Below are positions 13,787 to 27,771 of a stretch of 64,000 bases of DNA, one piece after another; the stretch's first letter is position 1, and each line of letters opens with the position of its first letter. The notes beneath the pieces were generated by a model, which made no database searches, was not told where the DNA came from, and was given only the letters and a program-made list of their open reading frames with translations. Location: NCBI GenBank assembly GCA_964016885.1, contig OZ024740.1:299956001-300020000 (forward strand). The letters are read 5' to 3'. The stretch is from Eledone cirrhosa. Its lineage: Eukaryota. The position numbers and the translations under genes are program-made.

Positions 13787-15001
13787 TCCCAATCTCCAAA
13801 TCCCCGAAAAATCCTTTGAAATGCTACATAAACATTTTCCACCAAACCACAGATACCACCAAATATTTAACAAATATACTGTTAAATTCTCATACTCTAC
13901 ATCAAGCAATCTCCAGCAAAAAATAAGCAACTACAACATTTATAAACTTAAAAATAATATGACTACACCACCACAACATAAATTAAATAGGACTGCACCT
14001 TTTAAAAAGGCAAATAATACAATCCTTCAACCTAGAAAACACAACCAACCAAATCACCAACACAAAAACAACAGAACACAAAATCACAATATAACCCTAG
14101 CACGAAACCACCCACAAGGCAACCTTCATTCTCCTGCTATCATCAATTTACGGGGTCGATAAAATAAAGTACCAGTCATGTACTGGGTAATTGTTGGCCT
14201 TGTGCCTAAAATAGAAACAATTAATTACAATAGGAATAGCTCAAGGATTAATGAGAATAGTATAGGCACCGCCACCAACCATCTTACGTATGGCTGTGAT
14301 TGCAGAAATAGAAGCATTTGCTCCTTAAATGACAACTGTCTAATTAATAATTGTTTCTACTTTTGGCACAAGGCCAGCAAATACGCAGTATAATACTGGT
14401 ACTTTATTTTATCGACCCCGTAAGGATAAAATGCAAAGTTAACCTCGGCGGGATTTGAACTCAGAATGGCGGGATTTAAACTCAGAACTGTCTGATTAAT
14501 AATGTAAATAGCTCAAGGATTAATGAGAATAGTATAGGCACCCCCAACAATCATCTTACCTATGGCTGTAATTGCAGAAATAGAAGCCTTTGCCCCTTAA
14601 ATCGTAAGTGTTTGATTAATAATGTAATATATAAATGCACTGTGTCTACTAGAGACTGCAACAAAACATATATAGGATCTACATCAAACACATTTAAGAA
14701 AATATTTTACGCACACTCTAGTAGTTTCAACAATACTAAACTAGCTAACACCACATCTTTAGCTGAAGCGGTAAATAATTATAAAAAGAAAAGAATAGAT
14801 TTCAATTTATCGTGGAACACCATTCTACAAAGAACTCCATATCTTGGGAACAGGAGGGAATGCAGATTATGTTCAGGGGAGATCTTGGAAATTACTAAAT
14901 CAAAGGACGATTTATTAAATAAAAGGCAGGAACTGATCATAGTTTGTAATCACCGTATACGAAGAACATTTAAATACTATAAACCTAATCAAATATACTA
15001 A
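13787..15001 (+). pseudogene. 5'-truncated PLE (RT C-terminus/linker plus GIY-YIG), interrupted by SINEs
   Basis: [24 protein letters not shown]; CNCR..CPL..KC; NVIYKCTV..KTYIGSTSNTFK; CRLCSGE; LLNKRQE. Confidence 0.88.
14350..14490 (-). mobile_element. tRNA-derived SINE fragment (another partial copy on + at ~14125-14220)
   Basis: Shares gagttcaaatcccgccgaggttaactttgc...ccttacggggtcgataaaataaagtaccag with the other copies. Confidence 0.85.
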
Positions 15002-15221
15002 ATAGCAACTCACTATAATTCTATATAGAGTAACATTTATTTGTATCCCTTTCCCCCAAATATATGCATTCATGCTTATTTTTAACCTTTTAATATTTTA
15101 GCTTCCTTAGGTTTATGCGTTAATGATTAAAGGCAACATGGTACACCCGGAATTGCATGTGTAAATATCTATCTATGTATGATATGGAAACATATTTATG
15201 TGTGTATATATATATATTTAT

Positions 15222-15263
<42 letters not shown>

Positions 15264-15382
15264 GTATGTGTGTGTGTATGTGTGTATATATATATATGTG
15301 TGTTTGTGTGTGTGTATATGTGAGTATATGTGTATGAATGTTTATATATGAGTGTGTGTACATGTATGAGGAGTGTACATAC

Positions 15383-15416
<34 letters not shown>

Positions 15417-15652
15417 GTATATATATGTATATATATATATATGTATATATGTGTGTATGTGTAGATATATATATGTATGTATATATGTGTGTATGATTAT
15501 GTGCATATGTGTAAATGTGTATTTAGGTTTGCATCTATTTGTGCGTATGTATATTTTTGGTTGGATATCAATATAACTGTACCTCTCTATATATAGTGTG
15601 GATATATGCACTTTGTAATCTATGAAATTTATGTGTTTTAACTATGCCAACA

Positions 15653-15832
15653 TTGTTTCTCCTTTTGGTACAAGGCCAGCAATACCCAGTACATTACTGG
15701 TACTTTATCGATCCCGTAAGGATGAAAGGCAAAGGTAACCTCGGTGGGATTTGAACTCAGACCGTAAAGGGACGTAACTATGATGGAAAGCATGGCGTCC
15801 GACCCTCCACCGATACTGCCAATTCACCGCCC
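15653..15832 (-). mobile_element. tRNA-derived SINE (Meta-domain-like)
   Basis: A-box-like TGGCAGTATCGG, B-box GAGTTCAAATCC, central gcctttcatccttacggg..cgataaa motif. Confidence 0.88.
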
Positions 15833-15861
15833 AGTAACATTAAGACACATGCTGACGTTAT

Positions 15862-15980
<119 letters not shown>

Positions 15981-15993
15981 CGTCAGCATGTGT

Positions 15994-16061
<68 letters not shown>

Positions 16062-16068
16062 TATATAT

Positions 16069-18038
16069 AGGAAAATATTTAACCCCGACGGCAGAGCTCA
16101 AGCCGTTTCGACGGTTATTTCTGGACTAAATTAGAATTTTTAGCGTTTTAAATAAATAGCAGATCTTTTCAAGGCGTAATTCCTTATATGGGAAGATTGG
16201 CGTTGTGAAAAGGATTGGTCAAAATTTCTTGTAAACACAATTAAATCTTTCATGTCATTGGGAGAGAGGTGGGGTGGTTGAACTTGCTTGTAGAACAATG
16301 AGGGAGTGGGTGCAGCCGGTTAGGCGTTGAAAGTGAACTCTATACAGCAAATTCTAATGAGTGTGTAAGAATTTAGGATAGTTAGGGAGAAGGCGAAAAA
16401 GAATCTGGAGAAATTAGAGAGGGGACTTTATATAATAGGTTAATAAATTGAGATTGAAAGATAAAAAATAAATTTAAAATTATATAAAAATAATAAAAAA
16501 TAGATAGTAAAAAGTAATAAAAAATCTCGAGAGACAAAAGCAGCTGCTATATTTATTTGGTCGGGTAATGCTATATATAATTAACTGGCGTGAGGGTACT
16601 GATGCTCCAAAAGCCCGATGGGCTGCCTCGGGGTAGGCGAAAGAGGAAAAAGGAAAAGGAAGAGGAGAGGGAGTGGAAGGAAGTGATAGGAAGGGATAAA
16701 GGGAAGAAGAAAATAAAAAGGAAAAGAAAAGAAGTACATCTACCTTTGTTAGCTGAGGTTTTCCCTATCTTGTTCGGCAAGTGGGGAAAAGAAGGATGTT
16801 ACAGCCATTGTCTACCCACCCGGGTCATGAGGGGGTTTGAGGGCGAGGTAAGTCCTACGCAAACCGTGTTTACACGCAGTTAGAAGTTCGTCTTTTTTGT
16901 TTAGGAGTTGGTCTTCGTAAACAGCATTTGTAGTGTTTCCTCCGAGCATAAGTTACACGGACAGGGTCTTAACGTGTAGGAGTTAGCCCTGGAGACAGGA
17001 AGCACCAAGTAAGATTGCATGTTATGTTATTATCTTGGAGGTTATTTTCGGCCGAGGTGACCGATCTTATAAGATTATTCCTACTATATAAACTCGCCGA
17101 AATGTTTCCTGCATTCGGCGTGGATTGTACCGAGACGATGGGCTCCTTACCCTCAAAGGGTACAACGCCAGTAGTACAGACCGGGTCCGTAAACAAATAA
17201 TCAACTTCTTCCGGGACTGGGAAATTACAATCACCCTACAAAAGTCCCTAACCCGAGTCAATTTCCTGCACGTTACCCTCTGCCTCGAAAATGATCTTTA
17301 CTACCCATACAGGAAAACTAACGACAACTTGCACTACATCCTACGTGCTCTAACCACCCTAGAAATATCACCAATAACCTGGTTAAAAACATCTCCCTCC
17401 GCATATCTCGATTGTCAGCTAATGAGCAGATATTCGATGACCATGCGCCTCATTACAACCAGGCCCACAAGCGAAGTGACTTTCGGGAGGAAATATTCCT
17501 TTTATCCAGCTTCCCTTAGTGGAACCAGCGGGCGACGCCGCCGCTCACGCCACGTAACGTGGTAAACCCTTCCCACAATGCCGAGGTGGCCACACCTATC
17601 GGGAAAATCTACTTTAGACTCCTCGAAATACACTTCCCACCACAACACCGTTACCACAACATAATCAACAAAAACAGTATCAAACTCTCCTACTGCTCCT
17701 TACCCAACTTCGCACAAAATCATCGCCTCTTCAAACAATAAGAAACTCCACCCCTATGGAAGAAACAACCTAGACATTAGTTGAGAGCCGACCAGGAGGT
17801 GTAACTGACCTGATAGATCTACGCCCCCCTCAACAACAGATGCCGAGAACGTAACATGATCTACCAATGCAACGTGGGGACGGAAACCTCCAACAAAGCC
17901 TATATAGGATTAATCGCTTGTGACTTTAAGTTCCGGCTCTACCAACACCGACATACGTTCCGAAACCCGGCCCAGCGACATGCCACTACACTTTCGGGCC
18001 ACATCTGGGATCTCCAAGATAATAACATAACATACAAT
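16069..18038. mobile_element. PLE (family C) with internal inversion
   Basis: Minus 16069-17041 is the GIY-YIG tail, 3' UTR and HHR-like motif. Plus 17042-18038 has LYRDDGL, VNFL, HFPPQHRYHNIINKNSIKLSY and IYQCNV..KAYIG. Confidence 0.9.
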
Positions 18039-19162
18039 GTAGCATGTGACTTGTATAGTAATGCGGGAAGATGAGAAGGCAATGACATTCTGGGATTATG
18101 ATTTTGAAAGTGATTGTGTAATTGAGCATCACGGGCCGGTCATTTTCGTATTAATCAAGAAATACAAATAATGTCATATCATCGACTGGGTCATACAAAA
18201 TGATACTAATATTGTGAGTAAGAAGATTGAAATATCAACTACTCTGAATTGGTAGTGTAAATTAAGATGGCCATGGCACTGTCAAATATGGGAACTGAGG
18301 GATAAATGTATACAATAAACGATTAAAGGGGACATCCTGGTTTAGTTGTCCTCTAATATTAAATAACAATGAGATGTTCATTTTGCAGCAGAGAAACATT
18401 AAGGGTAAGGCAAGGTCTGAAGTTTTCTGATAAATTCTGAAACACAAAAATGGAAGCATACACACCCAAACACACAAAGCACCAATAACTTACACATGCC
18501 TTTGTCCAATATATCGTTCTCAGACTTAAACACATACTACACTGCTCCCAAACACGGCTAAATACAATAAGCTCTGTAAATATTATACATACATAAAACA
18601 TACACCATTAACAAAACATATATTACACTCCACCTATATTAATAATATACACAAATACACTCCTCTACACAATACAGACGCATTAACAATTACAAAAATA
18701 ATCACATTCCTAAATAACAAAAGCATCAAATTTATTGTTACAATATTACCCTCACCCTGTAATTGAAATAATGCTGGTCATTTTTGTATTGCTTGAAGGC
18801 AGCATATAACTGTGTTATGAAAAAAAATATATACACAGAGAGAGAGAGAGACAAATACACACACACACACACACACACGCACACACACATAAACACATAC
18901 CCACATATATACATATACATTAAAAACCACAGATGGCCGAACTGGAAACTCTCTTTAAAATTTTAATTCTCCAGAATTAAAATTCTAAAGAAATTTTCCA
19001 ATCTGGGCTTTTGTTGTTCTTAGGGAATATTCAACTCCTTTCCTGCACCAGCCACGGGATACCACATCTGCCATAGATGATTTGCATAACGTCGAGTGGT
19101 TTATTTGTTGCATCATTATTTACTAACCTGTCTAACCTATTGGTAAACAACGTAACATAACT

Positions 19163-19305
<143 letters not shown>

Positions 19306-19330
19306 CAGTTATGTTATATATATATATATA

Positions 19331-21921
19331 TAGGAAAAGGTATGGCCCCGACGGCAGAGCTGAAGCTGTTCCGTCGGCTATTTCTGAACTAAATTAGAAT
19401 CTTTAGTCTGGTAAATAAATAGCCGAACTTTTCAAGGTGGTACTTCCTCATATAGGAAGATTGTAGTTGTCAAGCGGATTGGGCAAAATTTGCTGTAAAC
19501 ACAAATAAGTATATCATGGCAGTTGGAGGTGGAGTTTGCTGAACTTGCCTGTAGAACAACGAGGGAGTGGGTGGAGCCGGTTAAGCTTTGAAAGTGATAT
19601 CAATACGGCAAATTCTAAGGATTGTGTATGAAAATAGGCCAGAGGAGGTAGGCGAAAAAAGGTTTCTGGAGAAAATAGCGGAGGTACGTTATAGAATGGG
19701 TAAATCAATTGAGATTAGGTGACAATAAAAAAAAACTAATAAAAAATAAGAGAAAGCTATATATAAATATAAAATTGGATAGTGAGAAGTGATAAAAAAC
19801 AAAAACTATAGAGTCTTAAAGAGCTGCTATATTTAGTTGGTGTTGCTTTTTCGGTCAATTTTATAGAATTGAGTTGAGAATAGAAGATACTAAATAAGAA
19901 TTATTGAAATTGTAGAATTGAGTAGTAAAAAGTAATACAGAATCTCTGGGATCTAACACAGCTGATATGATTAGTTAGTATAGCGTATTCGGCCAATGCT
20001 ATCTTTAAGTTACTGGGGTTAAGGTACTGAGGCTACAGAGGCACGATGGGCTGCCTCGGGGTAGGCGTAAGTGGAAAAAAAGAGAACGAGGCGAAGATCG
20101 GTTGTGGAAGGAGGGGATAGGAGGAGGAGACAAAGGGAAGAAGAAAACATAGAGGAAAAGAAAAGAGGTACATCTACCTATGTAAGCTGGGGTTTCCCCT
20201 ATCTTATTCGGCCAATGGGGTGTTTCAACCCTTGTCTACCCACCCGGATCGTTAGGGGATTTGAGGGCGAGGTAAGCTTTACGCAATCTGTGTTTGCATG
20301 CAGTTACCAGTTCGTCTTTTTTGTTTAGGAGTTGATCCTTCGTAAACAGCATTTGTAATGTTTCCTCCGAGCATAAGTTACACGGACGGCGTCATCACGT
20401 GTAAGAGTTAGCTCTGGGCAGTAGGCTCCAAGTAAGATTATAAGTTATATTATTATCTTGGAGGTCCCAGATGTGGCCCGAAAGTGTAGTGGCATGTCGC
20501 CGGAGCGGGTTTCGGAACGTATGTCGGTGTTGGTAGAGCCGGGTCTTAAAGTCACAAAGCGGTTAATCCTATATAGGCTTTGTTGGAGGTTTCCGTCCCC
20601 ACGTTGCATTGGTAGATCACGTTACGTTCTCGGCATCTGTTGTTGAGGGGGCACGTAGATCTATCAGGGCAGTTATACCTCCTGGTCGGCTCTCAACTAA
20701 TGTCTAGGTTGTTTCTTCCATAGGGGTGGAGTTTTTTGTTGTTGGAGGAGAGATGTTTTGTGCGATGTTAGGTGTGGTGCTGTAGGAAAGTTTGATAGTG
20801 TTTTTGTTGATTATGTTGTGGTAGTGGTGTTGTGGTGGGAAGTGTTTTTCGAGGAGTCTAAAGAAGATTTTTCCGATAGGTGATGCCACCTCGGCATTGT
20901 GGGGGAGGGTTGCACCACGTTACGTGGCGTGAGCGGCGGCGTCGCCTGCTGGTTCCACTAAGTGAAGTTGGATAAAAGGATATTTCCTCCCGGAAGACAC
21001 TCCACTTGAGGGCCTGGTTGTAATGAGGCCTATGTTCGTCGAATATCTGCTCATTAGCGGACAAACAAGATATGCGTAGGGAGATGTTTTTAACCAAGTT
21101 ATTGGTGATGTTCCTAGGATGGTTAGAGCGGCGGTGAATGTAGTGCAGGTTGTCGTTTGGTTTCCTGTATGGGTGGTACAGATAATTTTCGAGGTTGAGG
21201 GTAACATCCAGGAAATTGACTCGGGTTAGGGACGTTTGTAGGGTGATATAGACACCAGGGATTTTGCATTACTTTTTCTACCCAATTCTACAATTTCAAT
21301 AATTCTTATTTAGTATCTTCTATTCTCAACTCTATTATATATAATTGGCAGCTGTTTTAATCTCTATTGTTTTCGTTTTTATCACTTCTCACTATCCAAT
21401 TTTATATTTCTATATATCTTTCTCTTATTTTTTTACTATTTTTTTCATTGTCTCCTAATCTCAATTGATTTACCCATTCTATAACGTCCCTCCTCTATTT
21501 TCTCCAGAAACCTTTTTTCGCCTACCTACTCTGGCCTACTTTCATACACAAACTTAGAATGTGCCTCATAGATTTCACTTTCAACGCTTGACCGGCTCCA
21601 CCCACTACCTCATTGTTCTACAGGCAAGTTCAGCCACCACCACGCCCCACCCATGCCATGATAGACTTATTTTTGTTTACAACAAATTTTGACCAATCCT
21701 CTTTACAACTACAGTCTTCCTATATAAGGAAGTACCCCCTTGAAAAGTTCGACTATTTATTTACCAGACTAAAAGTTCTAATTTAGTTCAGAAATAGCCT
21801 TCGAAACGGCTTGAGCTCTGCCGTCGGGGTCATACTTTTTCCTATTACCCTCTCTACTACTCTAAGTATTGAGTACATTAGTGCGTTATGGTCCATCTGC
21901 TTCCTTACCACAATTCCTTCG

Positions 21922-21923
<2 letters not shown>
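19331..21923 (-). mobile_element. 5'-truncated PLE (family C) with inverted pseudo-LTR at ~21250-21923
   Basis: Minus ORFs SPIGKIFFRLLEKHFPPQHHYHNIINK; homologous to 16069-18038; both ends in (TA)n. Confidence 0.9.
21786..21830 (+). ncRNA. Aberrant-core hammerhead-like motif (family C)
   Basis: CAGAAAUA-GCCUUC-GAAA-CGGC-uugagcucu-GCCG-UC-GGGG. Stem III and the GUC site are intact; the CUGANGA box is non-canonical. Confidence 0.5.
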
Positions 21924-21974
<51 letters not shown>

Positions 21975-24080
21975 GCGTGTGTGTGTATGTATCTCTATGT
22001 ATGTGTATGTACATGTGATTGCTCTCGTTCGTGTGCGTATGCAATATCAGCCATTTATATATAACATTCTGTCACCCGTTTACTTACTGCATCAAGCAAT
22101 CACCTTGTGTATCACCATAATTTTACAAACGCTAATCTATATGGGGATGTCTCTGAACCTAAAGATGAGATTCCGTGTAACTGCTGTATAATTTTAATGA
22201 ACTGCGATATATTCTTTTCACTATGATAGCCATGAAACATTCTATCGATTTATACGAATGTCTTACCGAGAATTATTTATCTGATAACCTATACTTAAAC
22301 TAGGCATTCAATCACTTAACATTCAATTGATTCCGCAATATTCGAGTCGCTTATCAAGATCTATTTTTGTGTGGAGATATTATATGCGTTAATATTGGCT
22401 GTCAGTCCAGCATAACTTAAAATTATGTCTTCACTGATTTTTAAAAGGAAAAGAGATTCATATATAATCCCCATTAGTTTCTATAGCTGGAATGCAATAT
22501 CCTTTGAAAGTCATAGAAAAAAGATATCTCTGGTAGATCTGTAGTGAACATACCAATTAACATATACGTATGTGACTATATATCTTCTATTCCATCAAGT
22601 TTTATAATACTATCATGAAAGGTACTGGCAATCCTCAGATGAAAATAAGAAACACATTTTTATTTTAATTTGTCACTAAGTTACATCACGAAATTTATTT
22701 ATCCAGAGAGTTACAACTCTGAACAATTCAGTTCAATCCCAGTAAATGACAACATTAGATAATACACTTTCGGTGTCGGTAAATTAACCTACCAGTGTCT
22801 TGCTGGGGTTCATGACGAATACGTTATTTTTAGGGTGGCGATAACGGACTATCCCCTAGCCACCAAATTTCCAGATTTTTAACCAAATAAGAAATCATGA
22901 TTTTCTCCTGCGTTAAGATGTCAAATCTGGCTGGGATCATTTTGGATTCCATTCTTCCAGCGTCGATAAAATTAATACCAGTGAAGTATTATTTTCTTTT
23001 TTATCGATTATTCGCTGTCACAAAATTGATGTTTTGAGTTTACTAGAACACAATATTCTCTGAACGATTGTGTTGATGGGAGGAAAAATATTAGATGAAG
23101 TTTAAGAAACCGAAATCATCTCGCAGAGATAGTTCCATATTATTCAGAACATCTCCTTTATAGAGACAGAGCTGGTCACTATGTTTTATTCTGATATTTC
23201 AGATTTAACTCGATCATGATATTTTAAGTTTCCGCAATACCGAGGTTTGAAGTCAATGACTGATACAAAAGCAGCAAATATTCTCATTATAAAGTAGGTA
23301 CTTTATAATGTTAATAAACACATAGCAAATCATTGTCACCTGAATAAACCATATTCTGTTGACTGAGTTAATATCCAATCATTGACAATGTGAAGTGGAA
23401 TGGGCTAAGACCAAGAACTTAATCAGAGATATTGACCATTGATAAATTGATATTAACATGCAATACGAAGCTGCAAGTAGAGACGCATTACTTTATTTCA
23501 TTTGTGACCTTTACTAGCTTTTAATAATTAGAGGCAACATGCATTGGCGTATAAAGCAAAGAGCATAATGCACTGTAATGAAGTCAATTTAACATTTATA
23601 GCTTTAACATAAACACTCACATATACATATATATTTAGTACATACAAACATGCCAATATATATACATGGCAATTGAATGGTTCTCCGTTAGTTTAGCGAT
23701 GGCTTTTTCAATCAACTAAATTACCTGCTTATAGAATTACAGTGTGAGTAGAAAGGTATTGCATGAAAATGTGTACCATTAACGTAATCTTCAGGCAGAA
23801 TTAGCGTGACACTAAGTTACACAATACTTGACCTTTGAATTTCTACTGCAATTCATCCTATGGTCTGGCTCTAGCTTACGGTTTCTTTCTGCACAGTCTC
23901 TCACTCACGACTATACCTGAATTATAATGCCCAGAGGTGAAAATAACTGAAATTCAATCAAAATTTCCTTTTTATTTCACTTGTGATCCAGGTGAACTCT
24001 AAGCCAACTAATCATTGATGAAAGGCACTTTAATCACATCTATATCCTCTTTCGTGGGGGGAATTTTAAATCTATATTAA

Positions 24081-24265
24081 GGTAGTTTGGCAGTATCGGT
24101 AGAGAGTTGCACACCATGCTCTGCAGCAAAGAGTTACGGCCCTTGCCATTCTGAGTTCAAATCCAGCCGAGGTTAACTTTGCCTTTCATCCTTACGGGGT
24201 CGATAAAATAAAGTACCAGTAATGTACTGGGATAATTGCTGGCCTTGTGCCAAAAAGTAGAAACA
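24081..24265 (+). mobile_element. tRNA-derived SINE (Meta-domain-like)
   Basis: TGGCAGTATCGG A-box, GAGTTCAAATCC B-box, gcctttcatccttacggggtcgataaaataaagtaccag core. Confidence 0.9.
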
Positions 24266-25133
24266 TATTATTTAATGTGATGTTTCCAATTTTAGGACTC
24301 TGGAGTTAGGATTTTATAGAGGTGTGAATGATATTAGTATGTAACCGATTACCAATATTTGGGAGTTTTACTGGTAGAAATTGATATGCGAAAATTGAAA
24401 GTAATTGTCAAGCATGTAAATCTTTCCATTAAAAAAGAGCTGAGAATTGTAACGTTTCTGAATAATTGGTTAAGAATACCGGAGACAGTGAAATGGTGCT
24501 GCAAATATAGAATTTATTGTGACCTATGTCCAAAGTTCTTCGATTTAAATAAAAATCCGACCAGCACCCTTGTTGCCTATCATCCTTAACATTATCATGC
24601 ATTTACAATTCACGAATAAGATATATTTATATATAAGAAAAGGGAAGTAAGGTTCTATACAAAACAGTGGATATACAGAAAAGAAGTTGGAAATAGCATG
24701 GAACATATATTTTAGATTCTGTTTTCCTTTTTGTTCCCTTCTTTGATTCGTCAGAAAGACATTAATGAAAAAAATGTGAGGCACAATTCTTTTAAAAAAG
24801 AGTTTTATAATGTATATAATGTATATAAAGTATATAAAGTATTACCGGTTTCGATATATTATTAAAATTCATTTTATCAAATGTTGAGTCTTAAAAAGAG
24901 TTAATAAGAATTGAAAACTAAAAATTAAAGATTTAAAATTACGTGTTGCGGTAAGTTTTTTTCCCATCTTCCTTGTTAAGAAGGGGACTCGAAACCGGTA
25001 ATATTTTATATACAGTATAAAATTCGGTTTTAAAAGAAATGACCCTCTCATTCTTCAAATAATATCACTTTGGCGAATCAAAGAAGGGGAAAAAAAGAAA
25101 AACAGACCCTAAAATATATTTTCCGCACTATGT

Positions 25134-25169
<36 letters not shown>

Positions 25170-25178
25170 TATATATAT

Positions 25179-27365
25179 AGTGGCAGCACACTGGAAGGTA
25201 ATATCCGAAGTGGTAGAGCACTCAGTATATGGGACGAGTTAGGTAGAAGTGGTTACACAACAGTTAGTTCACCATACGGAGAACAATTGTTTCACCTTAG
25301 CGTTTCCTCAGCTCGTAATGGACATGGTTATACGGAACAGGAAGTACAACTGTATGAACGCGCATGCGGAGAATCGGTCACTTCACTCAGGCAATACTAA
25401 TTTGCGTGCGAGAGGTGTAAGGGAGGTAACTGCGAAAGTCCGAAAGTTTCTAGTTGATAAGAAAATTAGGATGTTGTTGTAATTCAATACGAGGCTTTGT
25501 AATTATGTAAGAGGTGTTTCCAGACGTGTGGACATCGTGTGATGGCTTTACATTGAATGGGACCATACGTGGCTCGCGAGTTTCGTGGATGAAAGTCTGT
25601 CCCGGTACCTAAAGGTCGACTGGTGGTTCAGGAAGCGTTCCTTAAATCGGCCCTCTGCCATACGCACATAGAATTTGACCTCCTGTGGTTGATTTGGCCG
25701 GTTGGAAGTTACCAAAACTTCATAAACTACAGCAGGTGTGTTGCATTGCTGTTGAAGGGGACAAGCTTCGGGATTACGGAAAGAGCACCCTGGTGGGGTG
25801 TTGTTCTTAGGGCCGTTGGTGATGTGGGCCTTCATGTTCTTAGCGCAGGAGTATGCTAGTTTTACTTTGTGTCGGTTAAAGATGGAGCGGTATTTATGAC
25901 CTATGGTAAAAGTGTCTATCTAAGAGGGCTAGAAATGTTTAGCCTACATTGGTTTTAACGTTGAGTGAGAAGGGAGGAGAGAACCAAATAGTTTGTCTAT
26001 TGTTACGCTTTGTTTTCTTATTGCTGTTGTTGTTAGTGGGAGAGTAAGTGATAGGTTGCGAGAAGTCGCTGTTAGCTAACGCCGTCTTATAGTAGGGTTC
26101 CACTCTGTCAAAGATAGCCTTATTAGAGGAGAGGTTTGAGATTCTAGTACTGATATTATTTACGAAGTTTCTAAAACCTGTGGGAGGGTGGCATGAGACC
26201 TTGTGAATATAATTGAGTTTTTCGTTAAGCTTACGGAAGGGTCTGTAGGTGTGTGTGCGAAGGTCTAAATTAATATCTAAGAAATCTACTCTAGAGAGGT
26301 TGGTAGCTACTGTTATCCTAAGACCTAAATCCTTGAAGGTAGAAGCTAAGTCTTTTTTAAACCGGTCGAATTTGTGACCACTTTTATGGCTTGATAACTT
26401 CAGCCCATCGTCGCGGTATATCCTGTGTGGAAGTCCGGGAATCTAACACGTAATATGTCTAAAATAAATAGGCCAACCGAGTCGCATACATCAGCACTGT
26501 CAAACGATCCCATCGAGACGCCGAAAAGGTCTGAATTTGTTGACTTCTTTGCCCAAGCTACCCCGTTTTTGAAGAGAAGGGTTTTCTGGCAGTGTGCGAT
26601 GATTTTCCTGTCTAAACCATGGACGGTAGTGTAAGTGGTAGCAAAGTCTAACGCTTTGTTTAGCAGGGTCTCTGAGATCGACGGGCAAAAATCAACAATG
26701 TCAAACTGTGTGAACTTCGCTTTTTTAGATTTGAAGGAGTTAAACCACCTGATTAGGGAGTCGCTGTCCTCCCACTGGGACAGGTTGGACTTGGTCCTAA
26801 TGGTCTTAACTATGTTTCTAAGTATGGCTTTACTGACTAGTCCCATATCTGTGCGTGCCGGGTTTAGTAGTCTACATGTGTGGTTAGAAGTAAAGTCTAC
26901 CTTGTGATCTTTCAGGGTGAAGAACGTCTCCCGCTTAGCTAGAGATTGTAGCTTCTTATCTACCTTAAGGGTGGCGGCAAGTTCTTTGGCTTCTGTATTA
27001 ATGTCGTGGTAGGCCATAGGTTTAGCTTTCTTATATTTGGAAGTAATAGCGTTATGGGCTAAGTGGCTGTAAGTGGTGTTGTCGACTTTGTACATATTAT
27101 TAGTTTTGTCGGCAAGAACGAAAGTGTTATTAGAAGACCTAAATTTTTTAATATCATTTCTAAGATTAGTTTGAAAGGTGTTATGGTGTTTGCGAAAGGA
27201 AATGTTAGCGACTAAGTCAAGAAGGTCCGCCTCGAAAGGAGCAAAATCAGTTACCTCAGGAGGGTAGGCTCTCGATTTCAGGTTGAAGGTGTTATTGGGG
27301 CCTGTAATTTTGCCGTCAAAGCTTATTTCGAAGTTGCAAGGCTTATGTATAACGTAATTCTCGTC
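25179..27365 (-). mobile_element. 5'-truncated PLE (family E): RT, GIY-YIG and pseudo-LTR
   Basis: LADKTNNMY, TLKDHK, CRLLNPA, QFDIVDFCPSISE, MGSFDSADVCD; VVYEV..FYV..AEGRFKERF.NH. Confidence 0.92.
25279..25314 (-). ncRNA. Minimal hammerhead ribozyme (family E)
   Basis: GAG-CUGAGGA-aacgcuaaggu-GAAA-CAAUUG-UU-CUC. Confidence 0.7.
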
Positions 27366-27771
27366 AGACAAAATGCATAGGAGATGCAGGATTCTTTAGA
27401 AAAAAAAAAGATAATAATAAAATAAAATAATGGTCTTCAAGCTGAGGTGCCTGTCCTAAAGAGAAAGCTAATCATTGCTATGATAAAGTTAAATGAATGT
27501 TGTTTCTGATCCACCCGAAGGGAAAAAGGCAATGTACAAGTCAGGTTTACACACACACATCTTCTCACTCATCAGCTCTCAAACCAGCAACATGGTTTCG
27601 CAGGATTTAATTAAGAGCACTATCTTTAAAAGCTGGATCGTGCAACATAAAACTAAATCTTCCTGCTGGCATGATGTATGTGTAGTAAAACAAACAACAT
27701 TGTCTCTCTGTTGATAATGTTAAAATAACACTACTCTTTTCGCATGAAACATCAATAATAATAATGATAAT

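Noticed and set aside
22000-23400. Possible very old PLE RT remnants (also ~100-450 and ~10650-11900)
   Set aside because: Only 4-6 residue motif echoes; not supportable without an alignment.
24081-24170. tRNA gene
   Set aside because: The A/B boxes belong to a multi-copy SINE head; no cloverleaf.
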